A stretch of 64,000 bases of DNA, taken from the NCBI GenBank assembly GCA_016861205.1, contig BOKX01000001.1:8539-72538 (forward strand). The letters are read 5' to 3'. Below the pieces are notes generated by a model. It made no database searches and was not told the origin of the DNA. It saw only the letters and a list, made by a program, of their open reading frames with translations. The position numbers and the translations under genes were made by a program. Below are positions 1 through 9,604 of the stretch, in pieces. Origin of the DNA: Patescibacteria group bacterium (GTDB lineage: Bacteria > Patescibacteriota > Microgenomatia > UBA1400 > PJMF01). How positions within the stretch are numbered: the stretch's first letter is position 1; each line of letters starts with the position of its first letter.

Positions 1-770
1 GTGGAAGACTGCAGCCCAATTCCGGCGCTAATGGCCAATCCAGCCGCCAGCCAGGCACTGAGTGATTGAGTCAAGAACACCGCCCCTCCCAAAAATGCGC
101 CCCAACCAAGCACCTTCTTGATAGAAACAGGCCGAGCCAGGAGCCACCACCAGACTGCGTACCCGACCAACAGCCCAGCTGCGACATTGGGATGTGGGGT
201 GGTGCCGTATGGTAGTACCAGTTCCCTACCCTGCCAGACAGTAGTGGCGAGACCGAACCCTTGGTGAAGGTTGCTTTCACCCAGCCAGTGATATGGTAGT
301 AATGAACGTTGTGCGAACCATTGGAAGTACAACACCGTTGCTTGAAACACGAGCGCTAACTGCAACGATTTTTTCAAAACAGGAGTTTGCCACCAAGTGC
401 GAACAGGTGGTTGAAGGTTAACAATCACAAGCCAACAGAAGCTGAGCCAACTGAGGCCCGTCCACCACGAACTTACGTTTGGGCGGCTGTTTGACTGAAC
501 AACCAAGAGAAACATCAAGGCTGCAACTGAAACAAGTTGTTTAAAAAAGGGTCCTCGCAATAGTGTTTTTTGCCAAGTTACTAGCCCACCCAAGCAAATC
601 ACCGCCCAAATAAAAAAGTCACTCAGGTACCACTTTGCTAGAAGATAGTCGCTCAATAAGCCATGAATGTACGCTTGGGAGCGACCGAAGCTGACAAACA
701 AATTGAGTGGAACAGTCAATACCGTCGCGGCGAGCAACCAGGGACCAAGCTGCGACAGGCGATTTTTCAT
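1..770 (-). CDS. Polytopic membrane protein, C-terminally truncated by window edge (possible O-antigen ligase/Wzy-like)
   Basis: My manual translation of the minus strand from ATG at 770 runs stop-free to position 1 (MKNRLSQLGPWLLAATVLTVPLNLF...). It is hydrophobic and Trp/Leu-rich with multiple predicted TM helices. The ORF track misses it because it has no in-window stop. It lies 16 bp downstream of pheT. Confidence 0.4.
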   Translation of the reverse strand, partial: MKNRLSQLGPWLLAATVLTVPLNLFVSFGRSQAYIHGLLSDYLLAKWYLSDFFIWAVICLGGLVTWQKTLLRGPFFKQLVSVAALMFLLVVQSNSRPNVSSWWTGLSWLSFCWLVIVNLQPPVRTWWQTPVLKKSLQLALVFQATVLYFQWFAQRSLLPYHWLGESNLHQGFGLATTVWQGRELVLPYGTTPHPNVAAGLLVGYAVWWWLLARPVSIKKVLGWGAFLGGAVFLTQSLSAWLAAGLAISAGIGLQSS

Positions 771-786
771 TTTGCACCCACTTTGG

Positions 787-2775
787 TTATACCGCACCTA
801 CCAGGGTGACACCTGGTAGTGACAAAATGTGTTGCACAATTTGTTTGCGGACTGGCTCAACTTCAACCACTGACAAGTTCCGATTCGGATCGTGAAAAGT
901 GACTCGGAAGGTGAAGTTGCGCTGGTATGTGTCGCTCAACTCCACGGTTTGTACCAGAGCATCTTGATTCTTTATGGTGTCTAACACGGTACCGACAGCG
1001 ACTCCTTCGGGAATGGTGAATGTAAAGTCTTCATAGACCATCGAGGTTTTAGCCAATGGTTGGTAACTGGGGTGGGTGTTCACCACTGACAGGAAGCGCG
1101 CATCCAAGGGAATGGTGATCGCAGTTTGACCAGCTGGCAAAACTTGGAGCCTTCCAATCTCAGCTTCTGTCCCCTCGCGGTTGATGGCCACGATGGTGGC
1201 CTCGGTAGCGTGAGCAGCAACTGGTTTGATGGTGACGCCTGTCACAAAGAGACTGTCTAACAGTGCCTCAACGGCCCCACGCACGGTACGATACTCAGCT
1301 GTGGAAACCAGCGCCAACTGCAGTGGTTGATGAGGAATGTCGCCGATTGCAGGCTCGTATACACAGGCGATCTCGAAAACCGAGAGCTGAGGTCGTTGTG
1401 GGTTATTGGCAATTAGCTCACAGAGTGACGGAATCAGTGATCGACGTAGGTAGACCCGATCATCAGTCAAAGGGTTAGCTAACTTTAGGTGTTCGTCCAG
1501 TGGATAGCCCGACTCTTGGGCAAGTTCTTCACTCACCATCGAGTAGGTGTACACTTCTTGCCAACCGATATGAGCCAAGAAGGTTTTGATTTTTTGTTCA
1601 ACATCAAAAGTGGTGTGTTCAGGCTTGATTTGCGGAATTGCTGTTGGCATTAACACGCTTGGTAAGCGATGGTAACCGTAAATGCGGGCGATTTCCTCAA
1701 TGACGTCAGCTGGAATAGCGATATCAGGTCGGAAGGTGGGTGGCGTGACACGCAGCTCACTCTCAGTTGCTTCAACCTGACACTCCAAAGTATTGAGGAG
1801 CTCAGTCAATTCTGTGATCGGCAACTCAACACCGAGGTAGGCAGCAATTTGGGCCAACTTGACGGTGACTGTTGCTGGAGCGGTCTCGCCAGGAAAATCG
1901 TCGTACACGGGGCTGGCTACCTGGGCGCCGCACAACTCTTGGTAGAGTTCGACACCGCGAGCCAAGGTTGGTTCAGCTAGGTGTGGATCCACATTTTTTT
2001 CGTTGAGTTGGGCTGCCACAGTACGGATCGCGTGACTCATTGAAGTGGTCCGAACTTTTTTGGCTGGGATTGACTCAATCCAAAGTAAAACACGTTGCGT
2101 TTGGTTATCGACTGAGGTGTTCTGGGTACCTTTGATGGCGGGCAGGTCGATGATGTCACCGGCTGGATTTTTGAAAACTACCTCACCACCTTTGGTCTCG
2201 TACTTTTCACCATCCAAAGTGACGAATGGTTGGCCAGCTGTAGCCTCGACCACCCGGATTTCACCACCCAACTGCATGATTTTGTCGTAATCAAAAGCGT
2301 GACACGGATGTCCTAACTCGTGGGTCACATAGTTTGTGATATCGATGACGCTGTCGTGGACCATTTGGTCAATTTGACGGAGTCGTTTCGCCATCCACTC
2401 TGGAGTGGGAGTGTGATCAACGGCATCCAGTACCACGCAGTGAATTCGCTGGCACAGCTCAGGGTTGTTGATGATCGCCGGCACTTGTAACGGGGCCTGA
2501 CTGGCGACCGTTACGTCAGGTTGAGCGACGGTTTTTAACCGTGCAGCTACGCCAAATTGGGGCAAGATGACCGCTGCTTCGCGAGCAATACCACGGACAG
2601 ACATCATGTCCACGCGATTGGTGGTGACTTCGATGTCATAGACAGGTTCGCCTTCAATTTCATGGATGCGCTCGATTGATGGACCGCAGAGTGATAAATA
2701 TTTTTGAATCTCAGGTGGGGTTGCTTCGGTTTCTAGATGTTCGAGCAACCAAGTGTGTGGGATTAAGATGTTCAT
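787..2775 (-). CDS. pheT: Phenylalanine--tRNA ligase beta subunit
   Basis: 662 aa ORF with the typical PheT architecture (B3/B4 region and B5-core-like segments). It sits immediately downstream of pheS in the conserved infC-rpmI-rplT-pheST operon. Confidence 0.92.
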   Translation of the reverse strand: MNILIPHTWLLEHLETEATPPEIQKYLSLCGPSIERIHEIEGEPVYDIEVTTNRVDMMSVRGIAREAAVILPQFGVAARLKTVAQPDVTVASQAPLQVPAIINNPELCQRIHCVVLDAVDHTPTPEWMAKRLRQIDQMVHDSVIDITNYVTHELGHPCHAFDYDKIMQLGGEIRVVEATAGQPFVTLDGEKYETKGGEVVFKNPAGDIIDLPAIKGTQNTSVDNQTQRVLLWIESIPAKKVRTTSMSHAIRTVAAQLNEKNVDPHLAEPTLARGVELYQELCGAQVASPVYDDFPGETAPATVTVKLAQIAAYLGVELPITELTELLNTLECQVEATESELRVTPPTFRPDIAIPADVIEEIARIYGYHRLPSVLMPTAIPQIKPEHTTFDVEQKIKTFLAHIGWQEVYTYSMVSEELAQESGYPLDEHLKLANPLTDDRVYLRRSLIPSLCELIANNPQRPQLSVFEIACVYEPAIGDIPHQPLQLALVSTAEYRTVRGAVEALLDSLFVTGVTIKPVAAHATEATIVAINREGTEAEIGRLQVLPAGQTAITIPLDARFLSVVNTHPSYQPLAKTSMVYEDFTFTIPEGVAVGTVLDTIKNQDALVQTVELSDTYQRNFTFRVTFHDPNRNLSVVEVEPVRKQIVQHILSLPGVTLVGAV

Positions 2776-2783
2776 ATGGTCCT

Positions 2784-4637
2784 TTAAAATTGCTCCAAGA
2801 ATCGCAACTCGCCGCTGTAGAGCAAGCGAATGTCATCAATGTTTAAACCCTCTTTGAGGGTGTAGGTGCGCTCCACTCCCCAGCCGAAGGCAAAGCCGGT
2901 GTACTCCTCAGGATCGATGCCGCCAGCTTTTAAGACATTGGGATGAACCATTCCTGCCCCGCCCACTTCGTGCCAACCGGATTTGCAGAATCTGCACTTG
3001 GCAGTTTCACCATCACGGCGTACCTCACCAGTGCCGCCACAAATGTGGCAACTGAAGTCGACTTCAAACGAAGGTTCGGTAAATTGAAAATGGAATGGTC
3101 GAATCCGACTTTTGGTACCCGGTCCATAGAACTCTTGGGCAAAGTAATCGAGAGTACCTTTGAGATGTTGAATGGTAATCCCTTTATCCACAACCAAACC
3201 TTCAAATTGATGGAACATCTGGGTGTGAGTCGCATCTTGTTGGCGGCGGTAACACCGGGCGATGTTGATCATTCGGATAGGTGGCTGGCTGTTGAGGCGT
3301 TCCATTTCACGGACCTGGCCACTGGAAGTATGGGGAGTCAGCACAAGCTTACCCTTGGTGGAGCTGGGTTCAGCTGCCACAAAAAAGGTTTCCCACTCAT
3401 CGCGGGCGGGGTGATTTTTGGGCATGTTGAGTGACTCGAACGCATACCAGTCCCAGTCAGCTTCTGGGTAGCGAACTCGGGTGAAACCAACCCGCTCAAA
3501 AATCTGGGTGATCTCGGCAATGGCTTGGGACACTGGATGCATGTGCCCGACTTTGGGTTTGATTCCTGGCAAAGTTACGTCTACCTTGGCGGTTTGCTGG
3601 TTCGAGCCGTAGCTGGCCACGGTTTGTTCGATCTCTTGTTTTAACTGGTTCAGCAGTTGGCCGGCTGAGCGGCGACTTTCGGGAGGTAACTCTTTGAGTT
3701 GTTTTGCCACGTCGCTGAATAAACCTTTTTTACCGAAGTAATTGGTAGTGGCGGCCACCTGGGGAGTTTTCAACGTGAGGCGAATGGCCTCAACCGCGGC
3801 GGTGAACTCATCTGGCAGATCGGCGGTTTGGGTGGCTGATCGAGGCTTGGTTTTTGTCTCGCTAGTTGCAGTGCCACTTTCAGCTGTGGCTGCTGGGTCA
3901 GTCACTTGATACAAGACGCGGAAGTGCCCGTCTTTCACCACAATTTGGGTGGCCGTGATCGGCCAACACTCGGCAGTTGTTTTGAGTTGCGTGCCACCGT
4001 CGGGCATAGGTTCGTACTCGCCAATTTGGACAATGCGGAGGGGTTTGTTGGTGGGAAGGTCGAATGGTAACCGAACGCGTCGCTCGTCTAGTTCATCTTT
4101 GGTAACCATTTCGGTAGAAATAGGTAAGGCCGCCGTTTGGACAGCGTCGAGTTCTTGTTGTATAGCTGGTAGCTGGTCGGCAGTAATTTCTTGGTCAAAC
4201 TCAACATAGTTTTTGCCGTTAATACCATGGTTGCCGTCGAGTCCAATAACTCCTGGAATGACATTTTTAACAGCCTGATCTAAAACGTGTCCAGCCGTGT
4301 GCAGATGCATGTGGGTGTAGCGAAGTGGCCAATCGATGGCCAGCTCAACGGTGTCGCCGACGTGCAGTTCCCCACTCAGTTTGCCCTTGTGCTGAATTTG
4401 GCCGCCGTTGTACGAGACGTGCGAGACTTCAAGTTGACCTTGAGGTCCGGTGATAGTGCCGTGATCGGCCGGTTGGCCACCGCCTTGGGCGTAAAAAATA
4501 GTTTGGTCGAGGATGATAAACGTTTGATTCTGTAACTCACCGATTTCAAGGACTTTTGCTGTCGCCCGTTTTTGGTATGAATCTGCTAAATAAAGTAAGT
4601 CAGTCGACATACGAGTTTCCTTTGTTACCTTTCCCAT
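2784..4637 (-). CDS. pheS: Phenylalanine--tRNA ligase alpha subunit with N-terminal AlaX-like (tRNA_SAD/editing-type) domain fusion
   Basis: The C-terminal ~270 aa is a canonical class II PheS catalytic core (FTRVRYPE, HPARD, LRTHTS-like LTPHTSSGQ, FHQFEGL, GFAFGWGVER). The N-terminal ~250 aa matches AlaX/AlaRS-editing-type proteins (YLxDSY, TIFYAQGGGQPADHGTI, IDWxRRY, HTAGHVL = HxxxH). Confidence 0.88.
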   Translation of the reverse strand: MGKVTKETRMSTDLLYLADSYQKRATAKVLEIGELQNQTFIILDQTIFYAQGGGQPADHGTITGPQGQLEVSHVSYNGGQIQHKGKLSGELHVGDTVELAIDWPLRYTHMHLHTAGHVLDQAVKNVIPGVIGLDGNHGINGKNYVEFDQEITADQLPAIQQELDAVQTAALPISTEMVTKDELDERRVRLPFDLPTNKPLRIVQIGEYEPMPDGGTQLKTTAECWPITATQIVVKDGHFRVLYQVTDPAATAESGTATSETKTKPRSATQTADLPDEFTAAVEAIRLTLKTPQVAATTNYFGKKGLFSDVAKQLKELPPESRRSAGQLLNQLKQEIEQTVASYGSNQQTAKVDVTLPGIKPKVGHMHPVSQAIAEITQIFERVGFTRVRYPEADWDWYAFESLNMPKNHPARDEWETFFVAAEPSSTKGKLVLTPHTSSGQVREMERLNSQPPIRMINIARCYRRQQDATHTQMFHQFEGLVVDKGITIQHLKGTLDYFAQEFYGPGTKSRIRPFHFQFTEPSFEVDFSCHICGGTGEVRRDGETAKCRFCKSGWHEVGGAGMVHPNVLKAGGIDPEEYTGFAFGWGVERTYTLKEGLNIDDIRLLYSGELRFLEQF

Positions 4638-4700
4638 TCTATCTCAAAAAAGCCCCGCTGGTGGCGGGGCTTTCGAAAGTTCTTAAATGTGTGGTTGTGC

Positions 4701-5054
4701 TTACCCGCGCACCTTATCAACGATCTGCTTAAAGGTACTAAAATCAGACACAGCCAAGTCTGATAACACTTTGCGGTCCAACATGATTTGAGCTTTTTTC
4801 AAAGCGTTGATGAAGCGAGAGTAAGAAATCTCACTGCCAGCTTGTTCCAAACCAGCTGAAATGCGAGCAATCCACAGTTGGCGGAAGTCGCGTTTGCGGT
4901 TTTTACGACCAATGAAGGCATATTGACCAGCGTGCAGCAAAGCTTCTTGAGCTCGTTTGTACAGCCGGTTATTTGCGCCACGGAAACCCTTGGTGAGTTT
5001 CAGCACTTTTTTGTGACGTCGTCTGCGAGTAATACCGGTTTTTGTCCTTGGCAT
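4701..5054 (-). CDS. rplT: 50S ribosomal protein L20
   Basis: 117 aa, MPRTKTGITRRRRHKKVLKLTKGF... is a typical L20 sequence, in the operon position after rpmI. Confidence 0.95.
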   Translation of the reverse strand: MPRTKTGITRRRRHKKVLKLTKGFRGANNRLYKRAQEALLHAGQYAFIGRKNRKRDFRQLWIARISAGLEQAGSEISYSRFINALKKAQIMLDRKVLSDLAVSDFSTFKQIVDKVRG

Positions 5055-5083
5055 AGGTGGAGATTATACCTCGAGCTACTTGA

Positions 5084-5287
5084 TTAAGCTAGTCCCAGCA
5101 TCCGCTTGATTTTTTTAGCCCAGCGGCCTTTGACTTCAACTGGCACGCGATAAGCTCGGATGGCTTTTTTACTTTTACGGCGGCGCAAGTGACGCATGTT
5201 TTGGTTGCGGCGCAAAACTTTACCGGTGGCGGTAATTTTGAAACGCTTGGCAGCGCCTTTACGGGTTTTCCGTTTCAGAGTTTGCAT
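5084..5287 (-). CDS. rpmI: 50S ribosomal protein L35
   Basis: 67 aa basic protein MQTLKRKTRKGAAKRFKITATGKV..., typical of L35, lying between infC and rplT. Confidence 0.93.
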   Translation of the reverse strand: MQTLKRKTRKGAAKRFKITATGKVLRRNQNMRHLRRRKSKKAIRAYRVPVEVKGRWAKKIKRMLGLA

Positions 5288-5903
5288 GGTTGTCCTCTAC
5301 TCTTGATTCACTTGATACTGTTTTGACTTTAGCTTTTTTGACAGGCATTAATTGAGCGATCAATTTTTTGCCGATCATCTGTGGTTGTAACTCCACAGTG
5401 GCGACTTCAGCTGTTTCACGGAAAATCCGTTGAAGCAACTCGTAGCCAAACTCTTTCTTGGTGATTTGTCGACCTTTTTTGAAGTCGACGGTCAATCTGA
5501 CCTTGTCACCTCGACCCAAAAACTCATGAGCTCGTTTGAGCTTGGTTTGGAGGTCGCCCTCACCGATGAACGGTGAGAACTGCAACTCCTTGAGATCTTG
5601 AGTTCTCGATTTTTTGCGATTTTCCGACTCACGCTGCTGGAGTTGATACTTGTACTTAGCCAACTCGATGATTTTGGTGATAGGTGGTTGAGCTTTCTCA
5701 GTCACCAACACTAAATCTTTTTGTTCAGCTTGTGCTTGGGCCAGCGCTTGACTGGTCGGCATGACGCCAACCATCTCACCACGTTCGTTCAACACTCTCA
5801 CTTCCGGAACCCGGATTTGATGGTTGACCGTAATGTAATGCGCGGTCGGTCGCTTTTTGATGAGCCTTTTTCTAATCACAGACAGGATATTATACCACTC
5901 CAT
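5259..5903 (-). CDS. infC: Translation initiation factor IF-3 (true start probably a non-AUG codon internal to this ORF)
   Basis: The IF3 core is recognisable (VRVLNERGEMVGVM, DLVLVTEKAQPPITKII, FKKGRQITKKEFG). The ORF has an N-terminal extension of ~15-25 aa. infC classically uses AUU/AUA starts, so the real start is likely further downstream in the transcript. Confidence 0.85.
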   Translation of the reverse strand: MEWYNILSVIRKRLIKKRPTAHYITVNHQIRVPEVRVLNERGEMVGVMPTSQALAQAQAEQKDLVLVTEKAQPPITKIIELAKYKYQLQQRESENRKKSRTQDLKELQFSPFIGEGDLQTKLKRAHEFLGRGDKVRLTVDFKKGRQITKKEFGYELLQRIFRETAEVATVELQPQMIGKKLIAQLMPVKKAKVKTVSSESRVEDNHANSETENP

Positions 5904-5964
5904 TGCCGATTGAGAACTAGATTGTTATAATTGGGGTTCTGGAAGTCATTTTTGTTCCAGAGCT

Positions 5965-6038
5965 GGACGGTTAGCTCAGTTGGTTAGAGCGCTTCGTTGA
6001 CATCGAAGAGGTCACAGGTTCGAGTCCTGTATCGTCCA
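5965..6038 (+). tRNA. tRNA-Val (anticodon GAC)
   Basis: Cloverleaf: acceptor GGACGGT/ATCGTCC, D-arm GCTC..GAGC, anticodon stem CTTCG/CGAAG with loop TTGACAT, T-arm ACAGGTTCGAGTCCTGT. No encoded CCA. Confidence 0.9.
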
Positions 6039-6064
6039 CTTTTTAGTCGAGTTGAGTTCACACT

Positions 6065-6847
6065 TTACCCAAGAGGCTTTTGTAGCACGATCACCGCTCG
6101 TTGCACCGCTTCCCCTTCGTGCCAATCGGTTTCGCCCTCAGCAGGTGCCCAATAAACGGCATCCAGTATCGTGAAACCTTGTTCACTCGCTATGTCGAGT
6201 AAAGTATCAAACAAAGTTTTGTAGTACTGTGGGTTGATGATAGCGTCGGGGTGCATCTCGAGTACTCGCTGAACTTCACGCTCAAAGAGATCAGGAGTTT
6301 TGGCCTTAACGAAGTTAAAATCACCTCTGGATGAGGGCAATTCATAGGTAAAACCTGACCAACCGACGGGTTGAGTGACGAGTAACGATAGTCCACCTGG
6401 TTTCAAAACCCGGTAGTACTCGCGCAGAGCTTGGGCCTTGTCGTAGATGTGGGGTAGAACGTCCTTGCAGGTGATGAGATCGAAACCGGCGTCAGCGAAA
6501 GGCAGGATGTTTCCCCTAGCTTCAACTGTCAGCGGATGGTGCTGAGCTTGGAGAGCCTCTGGCTGTAGATCAAGTCGCACCACTCGGGTCTTGGGCTGGT
6601 GGGTTTCGAGCCAGTTTGCTAGTTCTCCTAGTCCACTGCCCACGTCTAGTGCCAAGGTGCTTTCCCCCAGCAACTCCGTCACAGGCTGCAGAACTTCCAC
6701 TTGGAAACTAGTACCGGCATGTGGAGTATGACCAAAATCGTGAATATCTTGTTTGACTGTTTCAGGGTCACGTGCCAGACGGTAGCGAGCATCAGCACTC
6801 ACTGGCACAGAGTACTCTTTTGGGATTTCACTAGATCGATGTGACAT
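6065..6847 (-). CDS. Class I SAM-dependent methyltransferase
   Basis: Motif I LDVGSGLGELANWL and the post-motif LKPGG are typical of the Rossmann-fold MTase family. Confidence 0.65.
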   Translation of the reverse strand: MSHRSSEIPKEYSVPVSADARYRLARDPETVKQDIHDFGHTPHAGTSFQVEVLQPVTELLGESTLALDVGSGLGELANWLETHQPKTRVVRLDLQPEALQAQHHPLTVEARGNILPFADAGFDLITCKDVLPHIYDKAQALREYYRVLKPGGLSLLVTQPVGWSGFTYELPSSRGDFNFVKAKTPDLFEREVQRVLEMHPDAIINPQYYKTLFDTLLDIASEQGFTILDAVYWAPAEGETDWHEGEAVQRAVIVLQKPLG

Positions 6848-6855
6848 GGAAAAGA

Positions 6856-7539
6856 TTAACCACCGCCAAACTGGGTGGATCGCTCATGGTGCATCATATC
6901 TTGAACAGTCGAGGTTTTCTCGTAGGCAGCGCCAGCCATGTTCAAGTTGGGACCAGTTTTACTGCGTTTCTTTTTCTTGCCGTTCAGCTGAGTCGCCCAG
7001 GTAGAGGCACTTTTGATTTTCTGGCGCAACAACATGATGAACGTCCGCAGCTGTTGGAAGAAGGTGATGTAGTACTTCCCGTCTTGACCAGGATGAGCCA
7101 CTTCAGTCATCAGAGTTAGCTGAACTTGGTTGTCAAACTTCTTAACCTCTTGAACCAAAAGTTGGAGTTCTGAGCGGAGCTTGTCGATTTCTTCTTTGAC
7201 TTTCTTCTCGCGCGCGTTGTAGACATCTACCAGATCAACAGGGTTGACTTGATCGTGCAACTTGCGTCGCATCAGCTCTTTTTTACGTTGGGCCTCAGCT
7301 TGCCGCTGTTGTTCAGCTAACGCGTCTTGCTGGTCATATGAGTTGTTATCAAAGTTGTTGAAGTCGAAGTTGCCGCCGGCTTTAGCTAGCGCATCGCTAA
7401 AAAGACTGGTGCTATCGGTCTGGGATTGACCACCACGACCGAGTGACTGCTCGGTTTCGGCGAGCGCCCGCGCCAGAGGATTGGTCGGCAAACTGGGTTT
7501 GGCCGAACCAGTTGGTTTTAGCGGCGGTAATTGGTTCAT
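6856..7539 (-). CDS. Hypothetical protein with a coiled-coil, Lys/Glu-rich centre
   Basis: 227 aa ORF, compact operonic spacing with the downstream MTase, no recognisable domain. Confidence 0.45.
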   Translation of the reverse strand: MNQLPPLKPTGSAKPSLPTNPLARALAETEQSLGRGGQSQTDSTSLFSDALAKAGGNFDFNNFDNNSYDQQDALAEQQRQAEAQRKKELMRRKLHDQVNPVDLVDVYNAREKKVKEEIDKLRSELQLLVQEVKKFDNQVQLTLMTEVAHPGQDGKYYITFFQQLRTFIMLLRQKIKSASTWATQLNGKKKKRSKTGPNLNMAGAAYEKTSTVQDMMHHERSTQFGGG

Positions 7540-7713
7540 ACTATCCGGCGTTGCGATTCCAATCGCAAACGAGTCCTATATTATAGGACTTTTCACTCGA
7601 GGTGTCAATGAACCTCTTGTTGGGGCAAGTATAACAAAAAAAACTTGAAATGCCAGCCGATACTGACATAGTAAATGTGTATCAGACTTGACCTCGGTGG
7701 GCTGAATGAGAAC

Positions 7714-8655
7714 TTACTTGAGATTGGCTAAGTAATCAAGGGTTTTCTCTCGAGCAATCACACTCCGCAGATAACTGGTGTACTCGGGGTTCTTGCTGTA
7801 CTCAGCTTTGACAGCTGGGTTCTCAATTTGGTCGATTTTGGCTTGAATTTCAGCCTCGGTCGCCTCCAGTTTAGCGTCTTCACTGACAGCTTGGAGCACA
7901 AACTCCAGTTGGAGTCGTGCTAAGGCAGTTCCGGCTAACTCACCAGACAATTGCTCAGATGTCTGTTGGCGGCGAGCCAAGTAGTCATCGAGTTTCATGT
8001 TGAGTTGATCGAGGGTTTTCAACAGCTGTTCGAGTTCACGGCGAGTTTCTGAGCGGACTAACAACTCTGGCACAGCCGGTTTAATCTCGTCCACCAAGGC
8101 ACTGCAGACGTGTTTGAGAATCTGGTCCTTGCGTTGGGCTTCGGTGATAGCTGGCTGAGGAGCTGGCGCTGCTTCTTCAGACGCCGTAGCTTTTTTACCC
8201 TTTTCTTTCGTTGGCTTGGCTGCTTTTGGAGTGGAACTTGCTTCGAGTTTTTTCAGTTCAGCCTCGGCAGTTTGGCGCGCTTTTTTGACTACCGCTTGGT
8301 ATTTACCAAGTTTGAGTTCTGGTTGTTCAGCAATCTCGACACTCAGTTCCCAATCTTGCTCGAGGTCAATTTTGACTGGGTGAATATCAGGATAGGTCAA
8401 TGGTTTCTTGTTGTTTTCTTTTAGTAACTCGGCGTACGCCTCTGGCAGTAATTTATCGAGAGCGGCCTCAGCGATTTTAACGTGGCCGATCAGGTCACGA
8501 GCCAATGGCAACGGGACTTTGCCTTTCCGAAAGCCGGCAGTTTTTAGTTGGCCAGCTAAGCGGCGCAGGGCTTTGTCATACTCAGGAGCGACAGTTTTCC
8601 AGGCTAACTTCAGTGTTAATTTGGTGTTGGGGGCAATTGGTGATTGGTCGGACAT
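7714..8655 (-). CDS. tig: Trigger factor (short form lacking the PPIase domain)
   Basis: N-terminal ribosome-binding signature GFRKGKVP. The C-terminal chaperone arm is present. The central FKBP-type PPIase domain is replaced by a Lys/Ala/Glu-rich linker. Start set at the Met of MSDQSPIAP, because the longer ORF start overlaps the divergent gene. Confidence 0.8.
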   Translation of the reverse strand: MSDQSPIAPNTKLTLKLAWKTVAPEYDKALRRLAGQLKTAGFRKGKVPLPLARDLIGHVKIAEAALDKLLPEAYAELLKENNKKPLTYPDIHPVKIDLEQDWELSVEIAEQPELKLGKYQAVVKKARQTAEAELKKLEASSTPKAAKPTKEKGKKATASEEAAPAPQPAITEAQRKDQILKHVCSALVDEIKPAVPELLVRSETRRELEQLLKTLDQLNMKLDDYLARRQQTSEQLSGELAGTALARLQLEFVLQAVSEDAKLEATEAEIQAKIDQIENPAVKAEYSKNPEYTSYLRSVIAREKTLDYLANLK

Positions 8656-8757
8656 GACGGGAATTATACACGGCTTGAGAACCCCCCACCTATTTGTAAC
8701 GCTCCGTTTGGCCAAAATGGTGCGTTATCTGGTAAAAATTGTTACAATGGGCTTACT

Positions 8758-9585
8758 ATGAGCGAAAGCAACGCAACTCTTCTTCATGTAGTAAGCGATT
8801 ATGTGGCTGGTGGCCTGGAATTTGGTGAGATCACTTCTCGTCTGCAGTACCATCTGCAAGATCCACACCAAGTGAGAATTCACAGCACTTCTGTGCCGTC
8901 ACTCGATACAATGGCGATGGCCTTTGTAACTGGCCAGTATGCGTTTGCCCCCCACAAAGGTCGAATGTTTATTTATGGCAATGCTGCCCCACGCCGTACC
9001 ACGAGTAAAGCAAGTAAAGATAACCGTGATAATGGCATTCAGTACGCTCGCCTCGATAACGGTGTCGAGATCATTAATGTGTACTCAGAGTATGCGTTTG
9101 GTTTTGTGAAAGACCACATTGCTGAGTATCGACTAGTTGACTGTCCAGTGGGAGGTTCACAGTTCCGATCTCGAGACTTTTTCCCAGAGCGGGTGGCCCG
9201 ATTGATCGATGGTGATCGATCAGTTCTCGGCGAAGAGTTATCAGTAGCTGATATTCCAGCCATCCCCAACAACTTGGTAGCTTGGACCGATGGTTTTGGC
9301 AACATCAAAACCACCATGCGCAAATCAGATCTGGATAAAGCCGGTCTTACCATGGGCCAAACAGTGCAAGTTATCCTAAATGGGGTCAGTATGATGGGTG
9401 TCATCGCTACTGGTGGTTTTGCGGTCGATCGCGGAGTGCTGGCTATCAACGCTGGTTCCTCTGGGTACGATGATCCTTTTATCGAACTTTTCCTTCGTGT
9501 CCATCACATGAGTGAAAAGACCGCAGCTGTCCGATTTGACTATCCTGAAGGTGGCACCCCATTTGAGATTAAGCCGGTGGTGTAG
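8758..9585 (+). CDS. SAM hydroxide adenosyltransferase-like protein (DUF62 family)
   Basis: Blocks resembling the DUF62/SAM-hydrolase family: N-terminal LLHVVSDY (TDFG-like), SQFRSRDFFPERVARL (STFHGRDIFGPAGALI-like), VAWTDGFGNIKT (IDDFGN-like), and C-terminal beta-barrel blocks. Start chosen at MSESNATLL. Confidence 0.5.
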   Translation: MSESNATLLHVVSDYVAGGLEFGEITSRLQYHLQDPHQVRIHSTSVPSLDTMAMAFVTGQYAFAPHKGRMFIYGNAAPRRTTSKASKDNRDNGIQYARLDNGVEIINVYSEYAFGFVKDHIAEYRLVDCPVGGSQFRSRDFFPERVARLIDGDRSVLGEELSVADIPAIPNNLVAWTDGFGNIKTTMRKSDLDKAGLTMGQTVQVILNGVSMMGVIATGGFAVDRGVLAINAGSSGYDDPFIELFLRVHHMSEKTAAVRFDYPEGGTPFEIKPVV

Positions 9586-9604
9586 CCGGGTCATACATAG
9601 GTCA

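Noticed and set aside
71-280. 69-aa minus-strand ORF in the ORF track
   Set aside because: It is in a different frame from a continuous, stop-free membrane-protein reading frame (1-770, minus). That longer frame runs off the window edge and was therefore not listed.
8644-8757. N-terminal 38-aa extension of the DUF62 ORF
   Set aside because: It overlaps the divergent trigger-factor start region and has odd composition. The start was moved to the Met of MSESNATLL at 8758.
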